Of a DNA stretch of 64,000 nt, positions 1 through 8,751 are shown piece after piece (positions within the stretch are counted from its first letter, which is position 1; each line of letters begins with the position of its first letter). The position numbers and the translations under genes are program-made. The notes below the pieces were generated by a model. That model worked only from the letters and a program-made list of their open reading frames with translations. It ran no database searches and had not been told where the DNA came from. The DNA lies in assembly GCA_021628825.1 (NCBI GenBank), contig JAJXRY010000002.1, positions 1,338,972-1,402,971 on the forward strand. The letters are read 5' to 3'. This stretch comes from Lachnospiraceae bacterium (GTDB taxonomy: Bacteria; Bacillota; Clostridia; Lachnospirales; Lachnospiraceae).

Positions 1-117
1 AGGATTCTTTCCATTAATGGAATTATTGATGCTGTAGGAACTACAGTAAATGAAAGCACTGAAAATATATCGTTAGGTACATATGAAATACCGGTATTTG
101 GGGGAATAATTGTATGA
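1..117 (+). CDS. Phage baseplate J-like protein, C-terminal fragment (partial at window edge)
   Basis: Open frame from base 1. Its TGA overlaps the ATG of the next gene (ATGA). Position upstream of DUF2313 matches XkdT-like gene order. Confidence 0.35.
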   Translation, partial: RILSINGIIDAVGTTVNESTENISLGTYEIPVFGGIIV

Positions 118-654
118 GCAGAGAAATAAATCTTGTATCTTATTTACCGGAATTCATGCAACAGTATAAAGAGCCTGTCGCAACTTTAGATGCAGAAAAT
201 CCGGAATTTGTTCTTTTATGGAAAAATGCTGAAAAGATACTTTACAATCGGTTTATTTCTACGGCTGATGAATATGGTATATCGCGTTTTTGAATCATTG
301 CTTGGAATTTATCCGGCTAGGACAGATTCCATAGAGGTTCGCAGACAGAGAGTATTGTTGCGATGGTATAACAAATTGCCTTACACCATCAGAGTATTTT
401 TGCTCCGGCTAGGACAGATATGTGGTGATAGCGTATTTACAGTAAAACGCAAGTTTGATAAGGAATATGAGATTGATATTACGACACATTTGGAAAAATC
501 AGGTTTGGTTGATGAGGTTAATAAGCTAATTGAGGAGATGATACCTTGTAACATGCTTATAGTTTCTGTTAATAAGGTATTGTGTAAGCCAAATCAAAAT
601 ATCTATTTAGCAGGAGCCGTAGGATTTGTGGAATATATCGAAATATCAGATTAA
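114..654 (+). CDS. Phage tail protein, DUF2313 (XkdU/YmfQ-like); frameshifted in a T-run near 286-290
   Basis: N-terminus MSREINLVSYLPEF..FISTADEYGISR continues in the +1 frame as FESLLGIYPARTDSIEVRRQRVLLRW. Removing one T from the ttttt run restores a single DUF2313-like protein. Confidence 0.7.
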
Positions 655-669
655 GTAGGAGGGTAAAAA

Positions 670-1909
670 ATGGCAGTCTTTTCAAAGCTAGTAACAACGG
701 AAAAGGGTAGAGAACTCATGGCCAAGGTGCTTGCCAATCAACAGACCATAGTTTTTACACAAGTAGCACTATCTAATGTGGAGTATGCAACTGATGAGTT
801 GGAAACATTGGAAACAATCGATGGAATTAAACAGATTGGTAGTATATCCAAAGTATCGAAATTTGAAAAATAGTACAGTAAAAATAGAAACGGTGATTAC
901 TAATACAATTTTGACAGAGGGGTATTACATCAAGACAGTTGCACTGTATGCGCAAGATGAAGAAAACGAAATTGTTTATGCTATTGCAAACGAAACATCT
1001 GGAATATGTTATATGCCGCCGTTTGAGGGTGTAACTGTTTCGGGAGCATATCTTACATTATCAACAACCATAAGCAATGCAGCAAATGTTACTGTGGACG
1101 TAGATAATGCCGTATATGCAACAATAGGAAATATTAAAGATTTGCAGGAGCAGATAAATAGCTTAACTGAATTGCTTGTTGGAAATATTTCAAATACAAA
1201 CGTTCACAGCAAAAATTTGAGTTTGTTAAATCAAATGGGATTTGAAGTATACCATCAGGAAATAAAAGCATCAGTTAAATGCTCGGGAGGAACAACTTTA
1301 TTTCAGGTTGATAAATCAGCCTTTACAGAAGGATCTTGGAGCGATAAGACCTATTATCTTTATCATTTATATGGGGCATTGAATACATATGATTATGTAG
1401 ATTCAGTTGATACATATGAAGGACAGGTGCTTGTTGGACTTAATGTTTATTCTATTGGCGGCCTATGGAATAGCTGGTTCCCAATAGTTCCTACGCAATG
1501 TAATGGAGTGTTATCGGTAAATGCTATTGACTTATGGGGAATTTATGGACCACCGCTTCAATCAGGTATACAGATTAATATACAACCAATGCTCTATAAA
1601 AAGGATAGTCAGGGACAAGTATCTTTGGTGGATGGTACTAAATGGACTGCTCTTAACATGCATTTAAGAGTATATAAACTTGGAAGTATTCTGCAGAGCA
1701 CTCCTAGTAATTCTGATACGGGAGGTTCGTCTGGTGGTGTGAATGACTATGCGCAATTATTAAATAAACCATCCATCAATAATGTTACATTGATTGGAAA
1801 TTTGACATCAGCACAGTTGGGACTTGAAAATAGTAGTTCCGGAGGTGGCGAAACAGAAATGACGTATGATGAAACACTTGCTGAATTAAACGGAGAGGAG
1901 ACAACATAA
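670..1909 (+). CDS. Phage tail-collar fibre protein (DUF3751-like N-terminal domain); +1 frame change in the gaaaaatag tract near 865-873
   Basis: The 670 ORF N-terminus (TEKGRELMAKVLANQQTIVFTQVALSNVEYATD..ISKVSK) and the 776 ORF (VKIETVITNTILTEGYYIKTVALYAQDEENEIVYAIAN) together form a typical tail-collar fibre N-domain. The C-terminal region is Gly/Ser-rich. Confidence 0.7.
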
Positions 1910-2166
1910 TGGGAATACCTAATTTGAAAGCAATAAGGGATTGGTGTATCGGAAAGTTTCAACCAAAAGGAGAGTATTTGACTAGCATTCCATCAGGATA
2001 TGTAACTAATACAGAGTTATCTGAGAAGAACTATACCACAATGGAGGAAGTTGAAGAAAAGTATGTACCGAAAGAAAGCCTTGGTGGGATGACATTTGGA
2101 GTTGATGCCGATGGAAATTATGGTTATATAAAGGCGGGTGCTGATACAGTTATCCCTTTTATATAG
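1909..2166 (+). CDS. Small phage protein (XkdW-position), hypothetical
   Basis: 85-aa ORF whose start overlaps the stop of the tail fibre gene. Function unknown. Confidence 0.35.
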   Translation: MGIPNLKAIRDWCIGKFQPKGEYLTSIPSGYVTNTELSEKNYTTMEEVEEKYVPKESLGGMTFGVDADGNYGYIKAGADTVIPFI

Positions 2167-2198
2167 GTGGCGGTGGATTATGGAGCCAGGCAGAAAAA

Positions 2199-2480
2199 TT
2201 GTATGACACTCAAAGTGGTTATTGGTCATCAGCAATGACAACAAGAACCCTTAGTACAAATTCAATAACTCTGGAAAAAGATTATGACAAATTTTTGCTG
2301 ATTTATGAAAAATACCAAAACCATAACTACGCGCAAGATAAAATAACAGCATGTGAACTTATTAAGAGGAATGACGCAACATATGACATTTCTATATTAG
2401 CTCAAATCGGCAATTTTAAAAAAATTATCAGAGCTTTTTATATGGATATTGGATGGAGCAAAAAAAGGGCGAAATTGTAG
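2199..2480 (+). CDS. Small phage protein (XkdX-position), hypothetical; possible TTG start
   Basis: 93-aa ORF in the phage module. No recognisable motif. Confidence 0.3.
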   Translation: MYDTQSGYWSSAMTTRTLSTNSITLEKDYDKFLLIYEKYQNHNYAQDKITACELIKRNDATYDISILAQIGNFKKIIRAFYMDIGWSKKRAKL

Positions 2481-2633
2481 GCATGCAGGTAAAATCTACC
2501 TTTAATAATCCGTCGTCAAATAAAAAAATATGACACAATAGGTTTATATGGATTGAATTAAAGTATTGGGTAAAAAAAGTCAACAGAGAAATTTTTGTTG
2601 GCTTTTTGTTATTAAGGAAAAGGGGGAAGTCCA

Positions 2634-2909
2634 ATGTACATAGGCATAAATACAATTATTACAATTGCAAGTGTTATGGGAGCGATTATTTCGATCGGCG
2701 GGATACTGATTGCCTGCTATAAGTGGTTCAGCCGACAGAATAAACAGGATGAAGATATCAAGGTTATGAAATCAGAGTTGTGCCTGCTTACCTATGGATT
2801 GCTTGCGTGTCTGAAAGGTTTGAAAGAACAGGGATGTAATGGACCGGTCACAGAGGCAATTGACAAGATTGAAAAGCGGATCAATAAGCAGGCACACGAA
2901 CAGGAGTAA
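2634..2909 (+). CDS. BhlA/UviB-like small membrane protein (holin-associated)
   Basis: 91 aa with a single N-terminal TM (IITIASVMGAIISIGGILIACY) then a charged coiled region. RBS aaggaaaaggggg lies upstream. Position just before the holin. Confidence 0.45.
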   Translation: MYIGINTIITIASVMGAIISIGGILIACYKWFSRQNKQDEDIKVMKSELCLLTYGLLACLKGLKEQGCNGPVTEAIDKIEKRINKQAHEQE

Positions 2910-2913
2910 AGAG

Positions 2914-3267
2914 ATGAGAAAGCTATTATTTCGCAGAGGTTTTACAGATAAACTCTATTATTACAATTTCCGTGCAGTATGGCTGTTTGTGATATTCTGC
3001 TACCTGCTCACGGCATTGAGTGGAGAAAAGAATCTAAACATTTCAGATCTTTCCATTGTAAGTGTGGGTATTCCGGCTGCATTCGCGGAACTTGGGGTAC
3101 ATACCGGTTTTATTATTTGGAAAGCAAAGACAGAGAACTGCAGGAAACATAAAGATCAATCAAAAAGTAAAAAGAATTGGAGGAAATTGAGTTATGACAT
3201 TACAGATTTTTTTAACAGGATTATTATTAGTGAGCATTTTAACAGGACTGGTTACCGAAGCCATTAA
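2914..3267 (+). CDS. Putative holin/antiholin-like membrane protein
   Basis: Starts at ATG 2914 with an RBS, directly after the stop of the previous gene. Two predicted TM segments. The 3' end overlaps the next gene, so it may be frameshifted. Confidence 0.3.
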   Translation: MRKLLFRRGFTDKLYYYNFRAVWLFVIFCYLLTALSGEKNLNISDLSIVSVGIPAAFAELGVHTGFIIWKAKTENCRKHKDQSKSKKNWRKLSYDITDFFNRIIISEHFNRTGYRSH

Positions 3268-3499
3268 GAGGATTCTGGAAGAGCAGAAAAAGCAGTATTA
3301 CAGTAATACCCTTGCCGGTATTGTGGCGGTTGTCATTGCGGTACTGGTGGATATCGGATACACCGTATTAAATAACATGGCATTTGATGTAACCTGGGTG
3401 GTATATCTGATTGCTTTGATTGGCCTGTCCTGGTTATGTGCTATGGTTGGCTATGATAAAGTGATTCAGGCACTGTCACAGATTCGGAGCAAATCATGA
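3194..3499 (+). CDS. Phage holin
   Basis: 101 aa with three hydrophobic helices and a charged C-terminus. Strong RBS ggagg. Lies two small ORFs upstream of the endolysin. Confidence 0.55.
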   Translation: MTLQIFLTGLLLVSILTGLVTEAIKRILEEQKKQYYSNTLAGIVAVVIAVLVDIGYTVLNNMAFDVTWVVYLIALIGLSWLCAMVGYDKVIQALSQIRSKS

Positions 3500-3762
3500 G
3501 CCGGTTATTAGAGGTTCTCGTTGTTGTTGGAGTGGTTATTTATCTTGCACTGGCGCTGATCGGAGTAAGTAAGACCGAGCCGGTGAAATACCGGGATGTG
3601 AGGCATCAGATTGAAAGTGAGGCCATGATCTTATGAAAAGGGTAGTTGAGGCAATTAAGAGCATTTTATTAATAATGGCAGTCCTGATGGGGATTGTATA
3701 TGTGATCACAATCCCCATCGGGTGCCTGATCTATGCAATTGTGAATGGAGGGTTTATGTGAT
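3497..3762 (+). CDS. Two very small single-TM ORFs (46 aa at 3497-3637, 42 aa at 3634-3762) between holin and endolysin
   Basis: Hydrophobic peptides MSRLLEVLVVVGVVIYLALALIGV.. and MKRVVEAIKSILLIMAVLMGIVYVITIPIG... Not in the ORF track (too short). Coding status uncertain. Confidence 0.2.
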
Positions 3763-4455
3763 GGCAACACAGACACAGGTAAAGCATTTATTGAAAGAAT
3801 CGCACCGATCGCACAGGCAAAGTCTAAAGGGCGGGCATTGCCGTCCGTGTGTATTGCACAGGCCTGTTGTGAGTCTGCATATGGGACAAGTCCTAAGATG
3901 ATCCGGGCAAATGCTGTATTCGGTATCAAGGTCGGTAAGTCAAAGGTGCATTTCGGTACAGCATGGCACGATAAGGCATACAGCACACGTACAAAAGAGT
4001 GCTATGACGGTAAGACATACACGAATATCACGGACCTGTTCAGGGCGTATGACAGTATCGATGATGCAGTGGAGGATTATTATGATATGCTCGGTACCTG
4101 TAAGAGGTACAAGGCATGTGTCAATGAAAAGAATCCACAGAAGTGCATTACTGCTATTAAAAATGGTGGGTACGCAACAGCTCCTGATTATGTATCAACG
4201 ATTATGAGTATTATTAATAAGTATAATCTGACAAAATACGATTGCCTTACACTTCGAAAAGGATTTTCGGGATCTGAGGTAAAAGAGCTGCAGATCTTGC
4301 TTATCAAGGCAGGATACAGCTGTGGTAAATACGGATCAGACGGTAAGTTTGGTGACAGCACTCTGGAAGCAGTGAATGCATTCCAGGCAGACAGGGGGCT
4401 TGCAGTTGACGGTGTTGTGGGGACAAAGACATGGGCAGAATTGTACAAAGATTAA
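3745..4455 (+). CDS. Endolysin: N-terminal mannosyl-glycoprotein endo-beta-N-acetylglucosaminidase domain plus C-terminal PG_binding_1 domain
   Basis: N-terminal motifs AQACCESAYGTS..FGIK match the glucosaminidase family. C-terminus LRKGFSGSEVKELQILLIKAGY..GKFGDSTLEAVNAFQADRGLAVDGVVGTKTW is a peptidoglycan-binding domain. Confidence 0.85.
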   Translation: MEGLCDGNTDTGKAFIERIAPIAQAKSKGRALPSVCIAQACCESAYGTSPKMIRANAVFGIKVGKSKVHFGTAWHDKAYSTRTKECYDGKTYTNITDLFRAYDSIDDAVEDYYDMLGTCKRYKACVNEKNPQKCITAIKNGGYATAPDYVSTIMSIINKYNLTKYDCLTLRKGFSGSEVKELQILLIKAGYSCGKYGSDGKFGDSTLEAVNAFQADRGLAVDGVVGTKTWAELYKD

Positions 4456-4560
4456 TTGATGGTGTATTGGAGGTATTGTGCCTGATACTTCTTACAATAG
4501 CAGTAGGAGTGTTGTTTCCTATTGCCGTAGTTTTTTTAAATGGTTGGATAAATAACAGGG

Positions 4561-4588
4561 ATCCCGGCGTTATGCCGGGATTTTTTTG
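4561..4588 (+). terminator. Rho-independent terminator after the lysis cassette
   Basis: 8-bp stem atcccggc/gccgggat followed by a T7 run. Confidence 0.6.
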
Positions 4589-4603
4589 CGTATAAACTAT
4601 TGT

Positions 4604-5235
4604 TTATGTCTTTGTATAATGGAGTAGTAAATTGTGTATTACTACAGAAAAATCTCCCTGGCCACCGGAAAAGGCGGCAGCGGTAGAACCGAAATCAATG
4701 GACTGGTCGATCGAAAGATCGGTTTTCGGATCGATGTTATTCTTTTTTAAAATGTATTCAAATACCATTTCAGGCATACCGCCGGCGCGTCCGCCGAGAA
4801 TGGTCTTTCCCTTCAACATATCCCATTGGAAATCATCAATTGGCTCTCTGGAAACCAGAAAGTTTCCGGCCCGCTGGGTGAGCTGCGCAAAATTTAGCAC
4901 ATAATCGGATGCCCCACCTGCATAGGTATAGATCGTGGACTCACTTCCCATGAAACCGATGTCTGCTTCCCCGGTAAGAACGGCGGTCATGGTTTTGTCG
5001 GCACCAAAGCCGGTAACCAGTGTCACATCAAGACCTTCGTCGGCAAAATAACCTTCCTCAATGGCAACATACATCGGTGCATAGAAGATGGAATGGGCCA
5101 CTTCGTTTAAGGTGATGCTTTTTTTAACCCATCCGTGCCGGCAGAACCGGGAGAAGAGCTGCTGCATCCGGAAAGCACCGGAAGCAGGGTCAGTACAAGG
5201 AACAGCACAAAGGGCAATGTTTTTCTTTTTTTCAT
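4604..5235 (-). CDS. NMT1/THI5-like ABC substrate-binding lipoprotein; internal A7 frameshift and 3'-truncated
   Basis: Minus-strand ATG at 5235 gives signal peptide MKKRKTLPFVLFLVLTLLPVLSGCSSSS with an RBS. After an aaaaaaa run the frame changes to ITLNEVAHSIFYAPMYVAIEEGYFADEGLDV..FSGGQGDF. The protein ends about 100 aa early at VVIHNLLLHYTKT, beside the prophage terminator. Confidence 0.6.
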
Positions 5236-5404
5236 ATAACCTCCAGAAAGGATACCCGAAAGAGGGCATTTTGGTTGATAATTTATGGTATGTCATTGGG
5301 AAAAAAGGGTGACATGTATGAAGGGAAAAGCGGTAGACAGTAGTCGACAAAATATGTATAATAATAAAAAAGGGAGTTGACCCAGAAAAACGGAGGGAAA
5401 AAGA

Positions 5405-6775
5405 ATGGGATTAATTAAAGCAGTAACAAGCGCTGTTGGTGGTGTGGTTGCAGATCAGTGGGAGGAGTACTTCTACTGTGATTCTTTAGACGCTGATGTA
5501 TTGGTGACCAAGGGACATAAGCGTCAGAAAGGCCGTGGCGCAGGCAATAACAAGGGTGAAGATAACATTATATCAAACGGATCAGTCATCGCTGTCAACG
5601 AAGGACAGTGTATGATCATCGTAGATCAGGGCAAGGTTGTTGAGCTTTGTGCAGAAGCAGGAGAATTCAGGTATGATACCTCTTCCGAACCGAGTATTTT
5701 CTGCGGAAACCTGGGAGAGAACATTAAGAAAACCTTCTCAACCATAGGAAGACGTATTGCATTTGGCGGTGAAACAGCCAAGGATCAGAGAGTTTATTTC
5801 TTTAATACAAAGGAGATTATGGGGAATAAATACGGAACAGCCAATCCGGTACCGTTCCGTGTTGTAGATCAGAACATCGGACTGGATATTGATATTTCCA
5901 TCCGCTGCAATGGTGAATATTCTTATCATATTACCGACCCGATTCTTTTCTATACCAATGTGTGCGGTAATGTCGTAAGTGATTATGAGAGAAGTGAGAT
6001 TGACAGTCAGTTAAAGACCGAGCTGATGACTGCTTTACAGCCGGCATTTGCGAAGATTTCCGCTATGGGAATCCGTTACAGTGCCGTACCGGCACATACC
6101 ATGGAGCTTGCAGACGCATTGAATGAGGTCCTTTCTGAAAAGTGGGCACAGCTTCGCGGTATTGAAATTGTTTCATTTGGTATTAATACCATGAAGGCCT
6201 CTGAAGAAGATGAAGCAATGATTAAAGAGCTTCAGAAGAGTGCGGTATTGCGTAACCCGAATATGGCAGCAGCAACGCTTGTTGGTGCACAGGCAGAGGC
6301 AATGAAGGCAGCAGCCTCTAATACATCCACCGGACCGATGATGGCATTTGCCGGTATGAATATGGCCAATATGGCAGGAGGTATGAATGCACAGGGATTG
6401 TTTGCAATGGGTGGTTCCCAGCAGGCACCGGTACAGAATGCCGCACCGCAGGCAGCAGCACAGAACGCAGCACCTGCCGCAGCCGCTCCTGCTCCCGCAG
6501 CAGATACATGGACCTGTTCCTGTGGAAAGACAGGTAACACCGGTAAGTTCTGTGCAGAGTGCGGATCACCAAAGCCTGTTGCAGCAGATGGATGGGTATG
6601 TTCCTGCGGCGCAGTCAACAAGGGCAAATTCTGTTCGGAATGCGGAGCCAAGAAGCCGGCAGGAGAACCGCTTTATAAGTGTGACAAGTGCGGATGGGAG
6701 CCGGAAGATCCGAAGAATCCTCCGAAGTTCTGTCCGGAGTGCGGAGATCCGTTTGATGATAATGACGTGCAATAA
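5405..6775 (+). CDS. SPFH/band-7 family protein of the COG4260 (YdjI-like, 'virion core protein-like') type with three C-terminal zinc ribbons
   Basis: N-terminus MGLIKAVTSAVGGVVADQWEEYFYCDSLD..NIISNGSVIAVNEGQCMIIVDQGKVVE is characteristic of COG4260. The tail carries CSCG..FCAECG, CSCG..FCSECG and CDKCG..FCPECG zinc ribbons after an Ala/Gln/Pro-rich linker. Confidence 0.7.
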   Translation: MGLIKAVTSAVGGVVADQWEEYFYCDSLDADVLVTKGHKRQKGRGAGNNKGEDNIISNGSVIAVNEGQCMIIVDQGKVVELCAEAGEFRYDTSSEPSIFCGNLGENIKKTFSTIGRRIAFGGETAKDQRVYFFNTKEIMGNKYGTANPVPFRVVDQNIGLDIDISIRCNGEYSYHITDPILFYTNVCGNVVSDYERSEIDSQLKTELMTALQPAFAKISAMGIRYSAVPAHTMELADALNEVLSEKWAQLRGIEIVSFGINTMKASEEDEAMIKELQKSAVLRNPNMAAATLVGAQAEAMKAAASNTSTGPMMAFAGMNMANMAGGMNAQGLFAMGGSQQAPVQNAAPQAAAQNAAPAAAAPAPAADTWTCSCGKTGNTGKFCAECGSPKPVAADGWVCSCGAVNKGKFCSECGAKKPAGEPLYKCDKCGWEPEDPKNPPKFCPECGDPFDDNDVQ

Positions 6776-6810
6776 GACAGTTGGCTTTGTTGTTGAAGCA
6801 GAGGTGGAGC

Positions 6811-7911
6811 ATGAGTGAATTTGATACGAATTTAGATGCCAGAACGGTATCAACGATGGAAGAAACGGATAAAAAATGTCCAAACTGTGGCGGGGTCATG
6901 GATTTTGACCCCAAAACAGGAGGTCTTCTTTGTCCGTACTGTGGACATACACAGGAAATCGCAGCAAAGACGGACGAGCCGAAGGAAGCGGCAGAGTTAT
7001 CCTTTGATACTGCGGAAAACACAGAAAACTGCAACTGGGGTGCGGAGAAGAAAACCGTAATCTGCAAGGCCTGCGGTGCTGAATCTGTTTATGATGCATT
7101 GGAGATTTCCGCGGTCTGTCCGTTCTGTGGCTCCAATCAGGTCATGGAAGCTGCAGACCAGAATACGATAGCACCCGGAGGTGTGGTTCCCTTTCAATAC
7201 TCTGATAAGCAGGCTGCTGACCTGTTTCAAAAGTGGATCAAAAAGAAGTTCTTTTGTCCGAAGCTTGCCAAGGAAAGTGCGAAGGCCAAGCATTTTAAAG
7301 GGATTTATCTTCCTTACTGGACATTTGATGCACAGACGGATTCTACCTATCGTGCAGAGTACGGAATAGAAAGAACCGTAAAGGAGAACGGAGAAGAAAA
7401 GACAGTAACGGACTGGTACCGGTGCTCCGGTCATCACAAGGAGTTCTTTGATGATGAGCTGGTGTGTGCGACTACGAACCAGAACCGCTCCATGCTTGCC
7501 GGAATTGAACCCTTTAACACGGCAGAAAACAAGGCATATAAGCCGGAATATGTGGCCGGCTTTGCAGCAGAGCGTTATGCCATCGGGTTTAAGGAAGGCT
7601 GGGAAATCGCAAAGAAGAGCATCGATAGTAAGCTCAGACGGTCCATTGACGATAAGATCCGTGATGAGCATGATGCAGATGATACACGTAACATTCAGAT
7701 AAACAGCACATTCAGTAACCTGACCTACAAATACCTGCTGCTTCCGGTATGGCTTTCCAGCTATAAATACAAGGATAAGATATACAACTTCATGGTGAAC
7801 GGTCAGACCGGTAAGGTATCCGGTAAGACACCGATCTCTATTCCGAAGGTGATCATTACTGTTCTTGGATGTATTGCAGCCATTGCCCTCATTTACTATC
7901 TGATGAATTAA
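6811..7911 (+). CDS. Multi-zinc-ribbon protein with C-terminal TM anchor (YdjG-like partner of COG4260 proteins)
   Basis: Motifs CPNCGG..CPYCGH, CKACG..CPFCGS and a C-terminal hydrophobic helix. RBS gaggtgga sits before ATG 6811; the track ORF starts upstream at a TTG. Confidence 0.55.
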   Translation: MSEFDTNLDARTVSTMEETDKKCPNCGGVMDFDPKTGGLLCPYCGHTQEIAAKTDEPKEAAELSFDTAENTENCNWGAEKKTVICKACGAESVYDALEISAVCPFCGSNQVMEAADQNTIAPGGVVPFQYSDKQAADLFQKWIKKKFFCPKLAKESAKAKHFKGIYLPYWTFDAQTDSTYRAEYGIERTVKENGEEKTVTDWYRCSGHHKEFFDDELVCATTNQNRSMLAGIEPFNTAENKAYKPEYVAGFAAERYAIGFKEGWEIAKKSIDSKLRRSIDDKIRDEHDADDTRNIQINSTFSNLTYKYLLLPVWLSSYKYKDKIYNFMVNGQTGKVSGKTPISIPKVIITVLGCIAAIALIYYLMN

Positions 7912-7977
7912 GCGTGCCGGAATGCTCCGGAGTCATTAGATTTCTGACAGGTAAATGCATATAAAGGAGCTTAGAAA

Positions 7978-8746
7978 ATGTCATTAAATGTGTTAGGTCT
8001 TACATTTAGTGCGGTTGTCTTTTTAGGGATTTTTATTGCGGCAGCAGTTGCCGGAATGAAAATCTACAGAAAGGTACGGTCGATTTCACGACAGGCATTT
8101 GGAACAGAGAATATTTTAGAAGACTTCCGTCAGATGGAAGTTGAGAATTCCACGACGCCGAAGTCTGTTGCAGGAATGACCAGTCTATACCTTCCCAAGA
8201 TCAAGAAGGATTTTCCTGAATTTCAATATGATGAAATGAAAGTCAGGGCAGAAAAATGCCCTGACTTCTTATCTGTTAGCCATCAGTTCTATGAATCCAT
8301 CATTTTTTTAAAAAGAGGGAGGACAGGAATTGAGAGATCATCTCTCTATGAAGCTTGCCATGCTTCGTGAGGAAGAAGTATGGGAAACTTATAGAGACAT
8401 CAAAATCCACCGCACAGAACTTGCAAATTACAGAAAACGGAACGGACGCTGTATTGTGACGTTCCAGAGCTCTTTACAGAGCTTTTATACCAAGACAGAC
8501 AGAAGCGGGAAGCTTCTTGCAGGAAATGCACAGCTTTATACACAGACGAAATATAACGTGGATGTGATTTATATACAGGATCGGGAGCTGGTCGAAAAGG
8601 AAACCGATCTTTCCCTGGGATTAAACTGTCCGAACTGCGGAGCTCCCATTTCCACGCTGGGAAGCAAGGTGTGCGAGTATTGCGGAACTCCGATTGTGGA
8701 ATTGAACATTTATGCATGGACATTCAGTAACATTGAAGAGGTATAG
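7978..8746 (+). CDS. Membrane-anchored protein with C-terminal zinc ribbon (YdjH-like); frameshift in a T7/A5 run near 8300
   Basis: N-terminal [23 protein letters not shown]. The two track ORFs (7978-8370 and 8330-8746) overlap across tttttttaaaaa. The C-terminus carries CPNCG..CEYCG. Combined length is about 256 aa. Confidence 0.5.
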
Positions 8747-8751
8747 GTCGA

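Larger units (their letters stand above)
1..4600 (+). mobile_element. Right-hand (tail/lysis) end of a PBSX/phiCD119-like myovirus prophage; the window starts inside it
   Basis: Gene order runs baseplate-J C-terminus, DUF2313, tail-collar fibre, small ORFs, BhlA-like protein, holin, endolysin. A rho-independent terminator follows, then a disrupted host gene. Confidence 0.65.

Noticed and set aside
6232-7067. Several overlapping ORFs (6232-6651 -, 6318-6572 -, 6387-6818 +, 6615-7067 -)
   Set aside because: They lie inside or antisense to the SPFH and zinc-ribbon genes in a GC-rich Ala/Pro/Gln-coding stretch. Spurious open frames.
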